Origin: Candidatus Falkowbacteria bacterium
GTDB taxonomy: Bacteria; Patescibacteriota; Patescibacteriia; UBA11705; JACRDX01
Direction: 5' to 3'
DNA length: 64,000 nucleotides
Assembly (NCBI GenBank): GCA_043798985.1
Contig: JAZDOE010000023.1
Location: forward strand, 3,626 to 67,625
Below are positions 1 to 9,759 of the stretch, piece after piece. The notes beneath the pieces are model-generated. The model did not search any database and was not told the DNA's origin. It saw nothing but the letters and a program-made list of their open reading frames with translations. Position 1 is the first letter of the stretch, and every line of letters begins with the position of its first letter. The translations under genes were made by a program, and so were the position numbers.

Positions 1-3
1 TAT

Positions 4-204
4 TTGGATATAATACTAAAAATAGGCCTTTTCGGCCTTCTAATTTATTTATTGATTATTTTTAACGCGGCAAAAGCGATTTTTCGGCAATCGCCAGAAT
101 TAATTATTGGCCTCGCAGGGTTGCTTGCCACGCACATGTTCACACCATATTTGAATCATCCGCTGGGAATCGGCTTCATTATTATTTTAGCGTGCTTCCT
201 ATAA
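4..204 (+). CDS. C-terminal fragment of a hydrophobic (membrane) protein; probably continues upstream of the window
   Basis: ORF track; hydrophobic translation (LFGLLIYLLIIF...GFIIILACFL); overlaps 3' end of fmt convergently. Confidence 0.2.
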   Translation: MDIILKIGLFGLLIYLLIIFNAAKAIFRQSPELIIGLAGLLATHMFTPYLNHPLGIGFIIILACFL

Positions 205-1126
205 AATTTTTCTGTCCATTTGCAAATGCCTCAATTGGCATTTTATTTTTTCCTTCAAGCTGAACCTCGTCCAACACAAGATAATCGCGCCCGGTTTTAA
301 CACAAATATCATCGCCATTTTTAAACACTTCGCCGGTTTGTCTTTTGTCAATTTCCTCTGGCACAACTCTTGCCTTGTTAATAACCAAACGCTTGTCATC
401 AAAAAAACAAAACGCGGCCGGCCATGGCGTAAACGCGCGAATTTTATTGTTTATCATTTGCGCTGAATTGATCCACGCAATCCGACCATCATCTTTGTCA
501 ATTATCTTACAAAAAGAAGCCTTTGTTTCGTCCTGAATTTTTAACACAACATTATCTTTAACATACTCTGGAATCACTGATACCAACAAATCCGCGCCCA
601 ATTTTGACAATTTATCATGCATGCTGCCCGCGTCATCTTCCGGTAAAATGGCCGCGATTTCTTGCGCCAAAATATCGCCCGTATCAAGCCCCAAATCCAT
701 GAGAATAATGCTCGCGCCAGTTTGCTTTTCGCCGTTTAACAATGCCGCCTGAATAGGGGACGCGCCGCGATATTTTGGCAAAAGCGATGGGTGAACGTTC
801 AGGCAACCATGTTTTGGCAAATTAATGATTTCCCGCGGCAAAATTTTTCCATAAGCTGCCACAGCAATGATATCTGGCTGTATTTTTTCCAATTCTCGCA
901 AAATTTCTTTATTGTCTCGCAATTTTTCCGGTTGAAAAACAGGAATGTTGAGTTGCTGCGCCAAATTTTTAATGGGCGACGGCTGTAAAATAAAATCGCG
1001 GCCAAAGGGTTTGTCTGGCTGCGTGATTACGGCCGCCACATTAAATTCCGTCGCCAATTTCTGTAAAATCGGCGCAGCAAATTCGGGCGTGCCCATGAAA
1101 ACAATTTTAATTGATTTATTATCCAT
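182..1126 (-). CDS. fmt: methionyl-tRNA formyltransferase
   Basis: N-terminal KIVFMGTPEFAAPIL and HGCLNVHPSLLPKYRGASPIQ formyltransferase motifs; followed by def as in the classic def-fmt pair. Confidence 0.85.
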   Translation of the reverse strand: MDNKSIKIVFMGTPEFAAPILQKLATEFNVAAVITQPDKPFGRDFILQPSPIKNLAQQLNIPVFQPEKLRDNKEILRELEKIQPDIIAVAAYGKILPREIINLPKHGCLNVHPSLLPKYRGASPIQAALLNGEKQTGASIILMDLGLDTGDILAQEIAAILPEDDAGSMHDKLSKLGADLLVSVIPEYVKDNVVLKIQDETKASFCKIIDKDDGRIAWINSAQMINNKIRAFTPWPAAFCFFDDKRLVINKARVVPEEIDKRQTGEVFKNGDDICVKTGRDYLVLDEVQLEGKNKMPIEAFANGQKNFIGSTLK

Positions 1127-1128
1127 GA

Positions 1129-1563
1129 CTATTTATCAATTATTAAAATTCCGTCTAAATGATCTATTTCGTGCTGCAAAACGCGGGCAAATAAACCTGT
1201 TGCGTTCAGCTCCTGTTTTTCTGCGTTCATATCATAAAACTCAACTGTAATTTTTGTTGACCGCCGAACACGAATTGACCGCCCGGGCACGCTCAAACAA
1301 CCTTCTTCTGCTGTTTCTTTTTTCCACGAACGGCTTAAAATTTTAGGATTTATAAACACGGCCACGCCTGTTTGCGTCGCTACAATAATGAGCCGCTTAC
1401 TCATACCAACTTGTGGCGCAGCTAAGCCGATTCCATCTTGTTCCAACATTAATCTGCCCATTTCATTAATGAGTTTTTTTATTTTTGGCGACTTAATCTC
1501 GTTCAAGATGACGCGTTTAGCTTTTTTGCGCAAACGTTCATCCGGAAAAATTACTATATCCAT
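1129..1563 (-). CDS. def: peptide deformylase
   Basis: EGCLSVPG and HEIDHLDG metal-binding motifs; 144 aa. Confidence 0.85.
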   Translation of the reverse strand: MDIVIFPDERLRKKAKRVILNEIKSPKIKKLINEMGRLMLEQDGIGLAAPQVGMSKRLIIVATQTGVAVFINPKILSRSWKKETAEEGCLSVPGRSIRVRRSTKITVEFYDMNAEKQELNATGLFARVLQHEIDHLDGILIIDK

Positions 1564-1574
1564 AAAGCATTAAA

Positions 1575-3494
1575 TTATAACAATGACACAGGGTCATTGT
1601 CAATTAGCCAGTTAGCGCCAAATAACGCAATAATGTTATTTGATAAATTTTTATTTTTTCCGCTAACAGCGGATTTTAACAAAATTTGCCAACGATATTT
1701 TTTTCTGACTTTTTTCGCGTAAAATGGAAACGCGGGCAAAACATCCAACCCTAAACTTGCCAATTTTTTATAAACCCTGTCAGCCTCTTTTGCGACATTT
1801 GCCTCATCATCACCTTGGCAAATGAATTTTATCAGCTCAACAAACGGCGGATACTTGAAATTTTTTCTAAAATCAATTTCTTGGTCATAAAAAACCGAAT
1901 AGGGAAATCCGAAAGATTTTATCGCGGGGTTATCAACAAATCGCGTTTGAACAATCACTTTGGGAGCTTGCCCTGCAAATTTTGCGCTAACAACCAATTC
2001 GTTCAAAAACTCGTAAAGCCGCGAACTGGCAAAATAATCAGCCAAATACAGCGCGCTGTCAGCGTACACAATGCCAACCAAAGAAAATTGCGGCCAACTT
2101 GGTTTGTTCAAAATTTCAGCTGTCGCGATGACAATATCCGCGTTTAAATCTTCGTCCTTGTCTTCACAAACAATACTCAATCGCGCGGCCGGATATAATT
2201 TGTTAATCGCCTTGGCAACCTGCTCAATGCCAATGCCGCGCTGTTTCAAATTGGAACCATGACATTTTGGGCAGCTCAACAGAATATCTTGTTTATGACC
2301 GCAACGAAAGCACTGCAAATGCTTATCCATAATGCTCATCGGCAGTTTACATGTTGGACATGTCGCTATAAAGCCGCAATCCGAGCAAAATAATGACGTT
2401 GCAGAGCCTTTACGATTAATAATGAGTAAAGACCGCTGTTTCGCTGCCAAAGCTTGTTCTAAGGCTTCCAAAAGCTCAAAAGACATGTGTTTTGACGCTC
2501 GCGCATTGTAAATGTCTTCAGCGCTGACAATGCGCGGTTGCCAATCAGCAGTTCCCAAAACAATTTGTTTCCATTTTTCATTTTTTGCCTCAAAATAATC
2601 AACAATTCTGGGCGCGCAGCTGGTTAAAAATAATATTGAATTATGCTGCGCGCTCAACCATTTCGCAACAGTAATTCCGTGAAATCTTGGATTTTGGTCG
2701 TAATTTTTATAATCAACAGAATGGCTAGAATCAACAAGAATAGCGGTCAGATTATTAAACGTAAAAAATAGCGCGCTGCGCGTGCCAACAATAATTTTAT
2801 ATTTACCTTTAAAAATTCCTTGCCATATCGTGTTATGCTGATTTTTTGCAATCAATGCTTTGGACGTAATAACAATTGTTTGTTCAGCCAGCTTTTTAGG
2901 CAAAAATTGCAAAAATTTTTCCATGCGCGCGATATTCGGAAACAAAAACAAACATTGTTTGTTGTCAGCAACAATGCGCCACGCGGTTTCAATAAAAAAC
3001 TGACTTTTCAATTCATTATCATAATCAAACAACAAATACTTTTTATCGCTTGAACAAAACATTTGTTCAACGATATTTTTTATATTTTTCGCAATATTTG
3101 TTATTGGCCGCGATCCAACTTTTGCGAATGGCACGTCAATATTGCCAGAAAACTTTTTCTTCGGAATATCTGGCACCATCATTCTCAAAATGCCTGGCAG
3201 AGGATAGTAATAATGTTCGGCAATTTTTTGCGCCAGCGCGACTTGCTGCTTTGGCAATATTAACAAACATTTTGGTTGCGCTGTAATTTTTTTTAATTTT
3301 GCAAAAGGAACCAATGACTCTTCCGAAAATCCAACAACTAAACCCAAAATATCCCTATTCCGAAAGGGGATTTCAATCACTTGCCCAACTTCCAACTTTA
3401 TTGCGTCGCCAACAAGATAATCCAAAAAATCCATGTGCCGCGGCATTCGTCTTAATGGCGCGATTTTAACAACCATATGCTTGTATTTTAACAC
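1575..3494 (-). CDS. priA: primosomal protein N' (PriA) homolog with degenerate ATPase motifs
   Basis: Cys-rich zinc region CSDCGF..CPTC..CFRCGH..CPKCHG typical of PriA; aligned helicase motif II reads DSSH instead of DEEH; no GxGKT P-loop at the motif I position. Confidence 0.65.
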   Translation of the reverse strand: MLKYKHMVVKIAPLRRMPRHMDFLDYLVGDAIKLEVGQVIEIPFRNRDILGLVVGFSEESLVPFAKLKKITAQPKCLLILPKQQVALAQKIAEHYYYPLPGILRMMVPDIPKKKFSGNIDVPFAKVGSRPITNIAKNIKNIVEQMFCSSDKKYLLFDYDNELKSQFFIETAWRIVADNKQCLFLFPNIARMEKFLQFLPKKLAEQTIVITSKALIAKNQHNTIWQGIFKGKYKIIVGTRSALFFTFNNLTAILVDSSHSVDYKNYDQNPRFHGITVAKWLSAQHNSILFLTSCAPRIVDYFEAKNEKWKQIVLGTADWQPRIVSAEDIYNARASKHMSFELLEALEQALAAKQRSLLIINRKGSATSLFCSDCGFIATCPTCKLPMSIMDKHLQCFRCGHKQDILLSCPKCHGSNLKQRGIGIEQVAKAINKLYPAARLSIVCEDKDEDLNADIVIATAEILNKPSWPQFSLVGIVYADSALYLADYFASSRLYEFLNELVVSAKFAGQAPKVIVQTRFVDNPAIKSFGFPYSVFYDQEIDFRKNFKYPPFVELIKFICQGDDEANVAKEADRVYKKLASLGLDVLPAFPFYAKKVRKKYRWQILLKSAVSGKNKNLSNNIIALFGANWLIDNDPVSLL

Positions 3495-3568
3495 ACCAAA
3501 CGCTTTATTGGAAATAAAAAAGAAACGCCTTTTCGCGCCTCTTTTACTAACATTTTTATGGTATTTTT

Positions 3569-4357
3569 TTACGCGAAAACAAATTGTCCGACCAGATAGC
3601 CAACTCCGAATGGCGCTTCATAACTCAAAACCTCAAATTCATAATTCATGTTTTTGATAATTCCCAACAAAACAAGAATTGACCGCAAACCGCATTCGCC
3701 GGCAATTTCTATAAGTTCAGGATCAATTGTTAACACGCTTTCTGTTTTTTTCTGTTTTAACAATTGAACTATTTTTTTATCAAATTGCTTTGCGCGCGGG
3801 GAAAAGCCGGCTGGCGCGTTAAGCGCCAGCCGGTGCGATAAATCGCCGGATGCGATTACAGCATACCGCTTTTCCCCGCGCGCGATCGCTTCTTTTAACT
3901 CTATTCCAAACTGCAAATGTTTTTCATAATTAAATAACGAATAAGTAATCGGCACAATTCGCACATCTTTCAATTTTTGCGCCAAGTAAAACAACGGCAC
4001 TGAACATCCATGATCCAAATTATCCTGCCGCGACAAAACAGTCGGAATTTTTACCTCAACCTGCTCCTTAAAATGATTGATGAATTCCAAATCCGATTTA
4101 AATTTCATTTCAGTTTCAAAATCTCCAAAATCTTGGAATTTTGCAACATATTCTTCCGCAGTATTAATATTAAACGCGTCCGCAAACAATTCGCCGTGCG
4201 GCGAAATAATAATAATAGTATCTGGCGCAGATTTTATCAGCTCTTCTTCCAGCAAACTCAATGCTTTGGCTGTTTTTTTAATTTTATTTAAATTGTCCTG
4301 CCCAATATTCGGAATAAGTATTGGCGGATGGGGGACAATTCCCGCGAAAACCAACAT
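3569..4357 (-). CDS. class III extradiol dioxygenase (LigB/Memo-like) family protein
   Basis: GIVPHPP...SPHGE...DHGCSVPL...ASGDLSHRL pattern resembling LigB-type catalytic subunit signature positions. Confidence 0.4.
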   Translation of the reverse strand: MLVFAGIVPHPPILIPNIGQDNLNKIKKTAKALSLLEEELIKSAPDTIIIISPHGELFADAFNINTAEEYVAKFQDFGDFETEMKFKSDLEFINHFKEQVEVKIPTVLSRQDNLDHGCSVPLFYLAQKLKDVRIVPITYSLFNYEKHLQFGIELKEAIARGEKRYAVIASGDLSHRLALNAPAGFSPRAKQFDKKIVQLLKQKKTESVLTIDPELIEIAGECGLRSILVLLGIIKNMNYEFEVLSYEAPFGVGYLVGQFVFA

Positions 4358-4361
4358 ATTT

Positions 4362-5744
4362 TTATAATGTTAAATCAGCGCCAAGCGCGAGAAAATTCAT
4401 TATTTGTTTGCTCACAACCATGACATTTTTATTGTCATAGCCCAACTTCGTAAAAACATTTTGAGGAACTAATCTGCGTATTCCATTCGCAACAACATAA
4501 ATCGTGTCCTCATCAAAAACCTTTATCAACGCGCCATCTTTTGGCAGAACAGGATCTCCGGTTTTGTACTTGTCCAACTCTTTTGGCGACACTTTAACAA
4601 TCTTCAATGTCGGATAATTAAACAACATAATATCTTTGCCCCAGATTGGATATTTTACGCCATTTTTAAGATAAAAAACAGCACCGGTAGTTTTGTCCTG
4701 CAAAAGCCCGCCAAGAGGAAACGCGTCTTTTATTGTAATCGGCTCACCCAAAACATACCCCATGATATCTATTTCCTCAACCTTGGTTATTTCCTCCGGA
4801 TTAAAGCCCAAAGATTTGAAAACTTCATTGGACTCAAACCTGCGGATTGTTAAACCATCAACCAAATATCTGCCGCCAGTTGGCAGTTGGAGTAAAGAAT
4901 ATTGAGCCAACTTGATATCTTTGCCTTGTTCAAATTTTAAAAGTTCTGTTTTATCAACCAACACAATCATCTTGGTGTCATACCGCGAAACAAAAGCCGC
5001 CCAATTGGTGAACACTCTGCGCTTATTTTTTTGTATGAGCCAAATAGTCGGATCGTCTTTAACTTTCAGCAATGAACCATCCGGATAAATCGGCGCGCTT
5101 GGTAAACTTACAGAATCCCCATAAAAATCTCCCCAAATATCCCAAAGATTGAAATTGCCTGTGACGTGCGGTGTATAATTATACAAATTGGCGGTTGCCT
5201 GATTGGCAATTACAACATCTTGACCATCAATGGTATACGCGTTGCCAATCTTTTTCAACCAACTCAAATTTTGGTTTTCAACATACCAACGCATTAATCC
5301 AGCGCAACGATCTATTTGATTGGCAAAACCCTTAAAAATAGCCTTTGTTGGATCTGACAAATCACAGCTATCGCAAGCGCCATATCCCAATGCCCAGTCA
5401 TATTTTTTTTGCGCAGGGGAAGCGTCAGTAATCAATCCTTGCTCTTTTTGCAACATGGCTATCAAAAATTTCGGATTCACGGTGTAGGTTTTTGCCGCGT
5501 TAAAAATAATATCAGCAGCGTTTTTTACAATACCATCAATATCAGCGGCCCGATAATTTGCCAATGTGCCGGGCTTTGTCGCTAAGAATAACTGAATATC
5601 AGACGCATTCCATTCCACGCCAAACATGTCATTATCCGAAATTATTGCGTTAGCGTCAAAAACACTATCCCGAGCAAATATAAACTGCGGGAATATTAAC
5701 GCAAAAGTAATAATAATTAAACCAAAAAATTTCACTTTACTCAT
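4362..5744 (-). CDS. secreted hypothetical protein (N-terminal signal peptide/TM)
   Basis: 460-aa ORF with hydrophobic N-terminus MSKVKFFGLIIITFALIFPQFIFA; no recognisable catalytic motif. Confidence 0.5.
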   Translation of the reverse strand: MSKVKFFGLIIITFALIFPQFIFARDSVFDANAIISDNDMFGVEWNASDIQLFLATKPGTLANYRAADIDGIVKNAADIIFNAAKTYTVNPKFLIAMLQKEQGLITDASPAQKKYDWALGYGACDSCDLSDPTKAIFKGFANQIDRCAGLMRWYVENQNLSWLKKIGNAYTIDGQDVVIANQATANLYNYTPHVTGNFNLWDIWGDFYGDSVSLPSAPIYPDGSLLKVKDDPTIWLIQKNKRRVFTNWAAFVSRYDTKMIVLVDKTELLKFEQGKDIKLAQYSLLQLPTGGRYLVDGLTIRRFESNEVFKSLGFNPEEITKVEEIDIMGYVLGEPITIKDAFPLGGLLQDKTTGAVFYLKNGVKYPIWGKDIMLFNYPTLKIVKVSPKELDKYKTGDPVLPKDGALIKVFDEDTIYVVANGIRRLVPQNVFTKLGYDNKNVMVVSKQIMNFLALGADLTL

Positions 5745-5761
5745 AAGCTATTTAAAAACGT

Positions 5762-8425
5762 TTATTTATTGGTTTTATTATAGCGCGTTTTCAATTTAAA
5801 TTCTATTTTGCCATTTGCAACTCCAACCAAAACCTTTTGGCCCGCGTGAATCTTCCCTTCAACAATTTCCAAAGCCAGTGGATTTAAAATCTTATGCTGT
5901 ATCACGCGTTTTAAAGGACGCGCGCCAAATGTCGGATCAAATCCTTCTTCTGCCAACAATTTTTTAGCATCTGCGGAAAACTCCAATGTAATTTCTTTTT
6001 CCAACAACCGTTTCGCAACGCGCGCGAGCTGCAAATCAACGATTTTTTCTAAATTCTCTTTTGTTAAACTATTAAAAATAATTGTGTCATCCAGCCGATT
6101 GATAAATTCCGGTCTGAAATGATCGCGCAATCGTTCACCGATTTTTTCACGCATCCGATCTTGTACCGTTCCTTTTCGTGAACTGTCCGCAAAACCGATT
6201 TCATTCTTTGTCGTGATATCTAAAATCAAATCGCCACCAATATTGGACGTCATGATCAAAATGGTATTTTTAAAATTTATCACGCGGCCCTTTGCGTCAG
6301 TCAGCCTGCCATCGTCCATAATTTGCAATAAAATATTCAACGTGTCAGGATGAGCTTTTTCAATTTCATCAAATAGAACAACAGCATATGGCCGGCGCCG
6401 AATTTTTTCAGTCAATTGGCCGCCCTCATCATAACCAACATATCCGGGCGGCGAGCCAACAATTTTTGAGACAGTATGTTTTTCCATGAATTCTGACATG
6501 TCCAAGCGAATGACTGCGTTTTCATCATTAAACATAAATTCAGCGAGCGCTTTTGCCAATTCTGTTTTTCCAACGCCCGTTGGACCAAGGAATAAAAACG
6601 ATCCAATTGGTGTATTTTCCTCTGAAATTCCGGCACGAGATCTGCGCAAAGCATTGGCAACCGCTTTAATCGCGTCTTCTTGGCCAACAACTCGTTGTTG
6701 CAGTTCTTCTTCGGCTTTAACAAGTTTTTCTGATTCTGTTTCCAACATTTTTTGTACCGGAATTCCTGTCCATTTTGAAACAACGCGCGCGATGTCCTGT
6801 TCAGACACTTCTTCCTTTAGCATCGCGCGCCCACTTTCTTTTTGAATTTTAACAAGTTTAGCCTTTGCGATTTTAATCTGTTTGCGCATTTCCGGAATTT
6901 CGCCATAACGCAACTTTGCCACTTTTTCAAACTCTGCTTTTTGCTCCAAAATTTCAGCTTCCTGCTCGGTTTGATCTATTTTTTTATTCAAACCTTGAAT
7001 TTTCACGATCAATTCTTTTTCCTGCGTCCAATGCAAATCAAGTTGTTTTTCTTTTTCTTTCAAATCAGCCAAACGCAATTCTATTTCTTTTAAACGCGAC
7101 TTGGAACTTACCGTTTTATCGGTGTTTAAAGCTTCTTTTTCAATTTCCAACTGCCGAATTTTGCGATTCAACTGGTCAATTTCAACCGGCTTACTTTCAA
7201 TTTCAATGCGCAACGCTGATGTTGCTTCGTCAATCAAATCAACGGCCTTGTCCGGCAAAAAGCGATCGGTAATATATCTTTGCGATAATTTCGCGGCCGC
7301 GACAATCGCGTCGTCAGTAATATGCACGCCATGATGAACTTCATACTTTGCTTTTATTCCGCGCAAAATCGCGATTGTGTCTTCAAGGCTTGGTTCGTTC
7401 ACCAAAATCGGCTGAAATCTTCGCTCCAATGCCGCGTCCTTTTCAATGTACTTTTGATATTCTTTAATCGTTGTCGCGCCAACGCAACGCAATTCACCGC
7501 GCGCCAAAGCCGGCTTTAACATATTTGACGCGTCCATTGCGCCTTCTGTCGCGCCAGCGCCAACTATTGTGTGCAATTCATCAATAAAAACAATGTATTT
7601 GTCAGCGCCTTCTTTGATTTCTTTAAGAACGGCTTTTAACCGTTCTTCAAAATCACCGCGAAATCGTGTGCCAGCTATCAACGCGCCCAAATCCACGGAA
7701 ATAACTTCTTTGCCTTTTAAATTTTCCGGAACATCGCCAACAATAATTCTTTGCGCGAGCCCTTCAACAATTGCCGTCTTTCCTGTGCCCGGTTCGCCAA
7801 TAAGCACCGGGTTGTTTTTTGTTCGGCGCGACAAAACCTGTAAAATTCTGCGGATTTCCTCGTCGCGCCCAATCACCGGATCCAATTTTTTATTTCTAGC
7901 CATTTCAGTCAAATTGACCGTATATTTTTCAATTGCTTTGTATTTTGCTTCTGGCTCAGGGCTGTCAACTTTGTGCGCTCCGCGCAATTCCGCTAAAATT
8001 TTTAAAACAACTTCTTCTTGCACGCCCAATTTTAACAACAGCCGCTGAATAGGGGATTCGGTTTTCAAAATTCCCAAAAACAAATGCTCCACGCTGACAA
8101 AATCATCGCCCATGTTTTTCGCCGCTTGTTCTGAAGTCATCAACGCGTAATTCAAATGCGGTGTGACGTAAACCTGCGCCATTTCTTCAGTGCCCGGATG
8201 AAAATCTTTTGGCATCTTTTGGAGAACGCTTACAATAGCATTATGCAAAGCATCAATGTCAACATTAAGTTTTTGCAAAAGACTGACGACCATGCTATTT
8301 TCTTGTTCCAGCAATGCCAGCAAAAGATGCGGCACGTCAATTTGTTTTTGCTTAAATTCAAACGCCAATCTTTGAGCGTTTTGTAATGCCTCCTGACTAC
8401 GAGTTGTAAATTTATGTGGATCCAT
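5762..8425 (-). CDS. clpB: ATP-dependent chaperone ClpB
   Basis: Two AAA+ modules (GEPGTGKT, GPTGVGKT), Clp N domain, coiled-coil middle domain; 887 aa. Confidence 0.9.
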   Translation of the reverse strand: MDPHKFTTRSQEALQNAQRLAFEFKQKQIDVPHLLLALLEQENSMVVSLLQKLNVDIDALHNAIVSVLQKMPKDFHPGTEEMAQVYVTPHLNYALMTSEQAAKNMGDDFVSVEHLFLGILKTESPIQRLLLKLGVQEEVVLKILAELRGAHKVDSPEPEAKYKAIEKYTVNLTEMARNKKLDPVIGRDEEIRRILQVLSRRTKNNPVLIGEPGTGKTAIVEGLAQRIIVGDVPENLKGKEVISVDLGALIAGTRFRGDFEERLKAVLKEIKEGADKYIVFIDELHTIVGAGATEGAMDASNMLKPALARGELRCVGATTIKEYQKYIEKDAALERRFQPILVNEPSLEDTIAILRGIKAKYEVHHGVHITDDAIVAAAKLSQRYITDRFLPDKAVDLIDEATSALRIEIESKPVEIDQLNRKIRQLEIEKEALNTDKTVSSKSRLKEIELRLADLKEKEKQLDLHWTQEKELIVKIQGLNKKIDQTEQEAEILEQKAEFEKVAKLRYGEIPEMRKQIKIAKAKLVKIQKESGRAMLKEEVSEQDIARVVSKWTGIPVQKMLETESEKLVKAEEELQQRVVGQEDAIKAVANALRRSRAGISEENTPIGSFLFLGPTGVGKTELAKALAEFMFNDENAVIRLDMSEFMEKHTVSKIVGSPPGYVGYDEGGQLTEKIRRRPYAVVLFDEIEKAHPDTLNILLQIMDDGRLTDAKGRVINFKNTILIMTSNIGGDLILDITTKNEIGFADSSRKGTVQDRMREKIGERLRDHFRPEFINRLDDTIIFNSLTKENLEKIVDLQLARVAKRLLEKEITLEFSADAKKLLAEEGFDPTFGARPLKRVIQHKILNPLALEIVEGKIHAGQKVLVGVANGKIEFKLKTRYNKTNK

Positions 8426-8469
8426 AGATAAAAAATTTTAAATTTCAAATTTTAAATTTTCAATGTTGG

Positions 8470-8496
8470 TTAGCACTCTTCAATAGAGACTGCTAA
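8470..8496. promoter_or_regulatory. CIRCE-like inverted repeat (HrcA operator) upstream of clpB
   Basis: TTAGCACTC-N9-GACTGCTAA vs consensus TTAGCACTC-N9-GAGTGCTAA (1 mismatch), 45 bp upstream of clpB start; TTGAAA-N17-TAAAAT promoter-like tract between it and ATG on minus strand. Confidence 0.5.
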
Positions 8497-8580
8497 TAGC
8501 ATAAAGCAAAAAAATTATTTCGTCAACCGCAGGGTTTGTGATATTTTAACATTATACCATTTTTGTGCTAAAATTATATT

Positions 8581-9759
8581 ATGCGTATGTTAATTATCCT
8601 TGGCGTAAAAATCAATGATTTATCGTGGCAAGATTTAGCCGATGAAGTCAAGGCAATGCTGGCAAACAAACAGCAACATTTGATTTTTACCCCAAATCCT
8701 GAAATCTGTTTGGCCGCGAATAAAAACGACCAATTTAAAAAAATTCTCAATAGCGCGACGCTCAACATTCCCGATGGTTTTGGTCTGAAAATCGGAGCAT
8801 TGATTCTGGGGCAAAAGCTAAAAAATAGAATTCCAGGCGTTGATTTTGTCGTAAAATTGTGTAAAATAGCTGAACAAAAAAATTGTTCAATAATGTTTGT
8901 TGGCGGCTGGCAAAAAACCGCGGCCGCAGCGGCCGCGGAAATGCGTTGCCAATTTCCAAATTTGAAAATAATAGGGGATAGCGGCCTCCTTGCCAGCCGC
9001 CTCGTTGGCAACAAATTATTTTATGATGACGCAGAAAACAACGCTTTATTATCAAAAATAAATGGTTTTAAACCAGACATACTTTGCGTTGCGCTTGGCG
9101 CGCCAAAACAAGAATTGTGGATAGAAAAAAATATTTCCCAATTGCCGAGCGTCAAAATCAGCGTTGGCGTTGGCGGCACATTTGATTATTTATCCGGCCG
9201 CATAAACCGCGCGCCGCGCGCGGTGCGGACGCTCGGACTTGAATGGCTATTCAGATTAATCGCAGAACCGGCGCGCGCAAAAAGAATCGTTAACGCAATA
9301 TTATTGTTTCCGCTTAGTTGCGCGCGCCAACGATTTTATTCTTTGTTTTGCTATCAACCCGCTTGGCTACCGATCATGTTAAATGAAAGCGGCAAAATTT
9401 TGTTGATCAAGAATAAACAATCGCAGCGCTGGGAATTACCAATACTGGCCGAGCAAAACATCAAACATTTGTCCGAAAATCTTTCGGTCCCAACCAACCA
9501 GTTCGCGATTATAAAAAACCACAAGGCAACAATAAAAGAAAAATTTTCCAAACATCTCAAGCTAACAACCGGCTATTGCGGCGTAAAATATACTATGTCA
9601 ACATTAAAATTGCTTGGAAATAGCCAAAACATAAAATTGTCCGAAGAAAGCAATTGGATTGATTATAAATGGATCGCGCGCGAGTTGTTACAAGATTTAG
9701 GATTGATAAAATTGGTTAAATTTGGTATAATTTTCAAATATGCAAAAACAATCAAATAA
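8581..9759 (+). CDS. WecB/TagA/CpsF-family glycosyltransferase with C-terminal extension
   Basis: LNIPDGFGL...MFVGG...ALGAPKQELWI...VGVGGTFDYLSG...LEWLFRL motifs of the WecG/TagA family; ~130-aa unassigned C-terminal tail. Confidence 0.6.
   Translation: MRMLIILGVKINDLSWQDLADEVKAMLANKQQHLIFTPNPEICLAANKNDQFKKILNSATLNIPDGFGLKIGALILGQKLKNRIPGVDFVVKLCKIAEQKNCSIMFVGGWQKTAAAAAAEMRCQFPNLKIIGDSGLLASRLVGNKLFYDDAENNALLSKINGFKPDILCVALGAPKQELWIEKNISQLPSVKISVGVGGTFDYLSGRINRAPRAVRTLGLEWLFRLIAEPARAKRIVNAILLFPLSCARQRFYSLFCYQPAWLPIMLNESGKILLIKNKQSQRWELPILAEQNIKHLSENLSVPTNQFAIIKNHKATIKEKFSKHLKLTTGYCGVKYTMSTLKLLGNSQNIKLSEESNWIDYKWIARELLQDLGLIKLVKFGIIFKYAKTIK

Noticed and set aside
6412-8048. Antisense and alternative-frame ORFs within clpB (6412-6783, 7569-8048 and others)
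   Set aside because: They are fully contained in a high-confidence conserved gene; no motifs.
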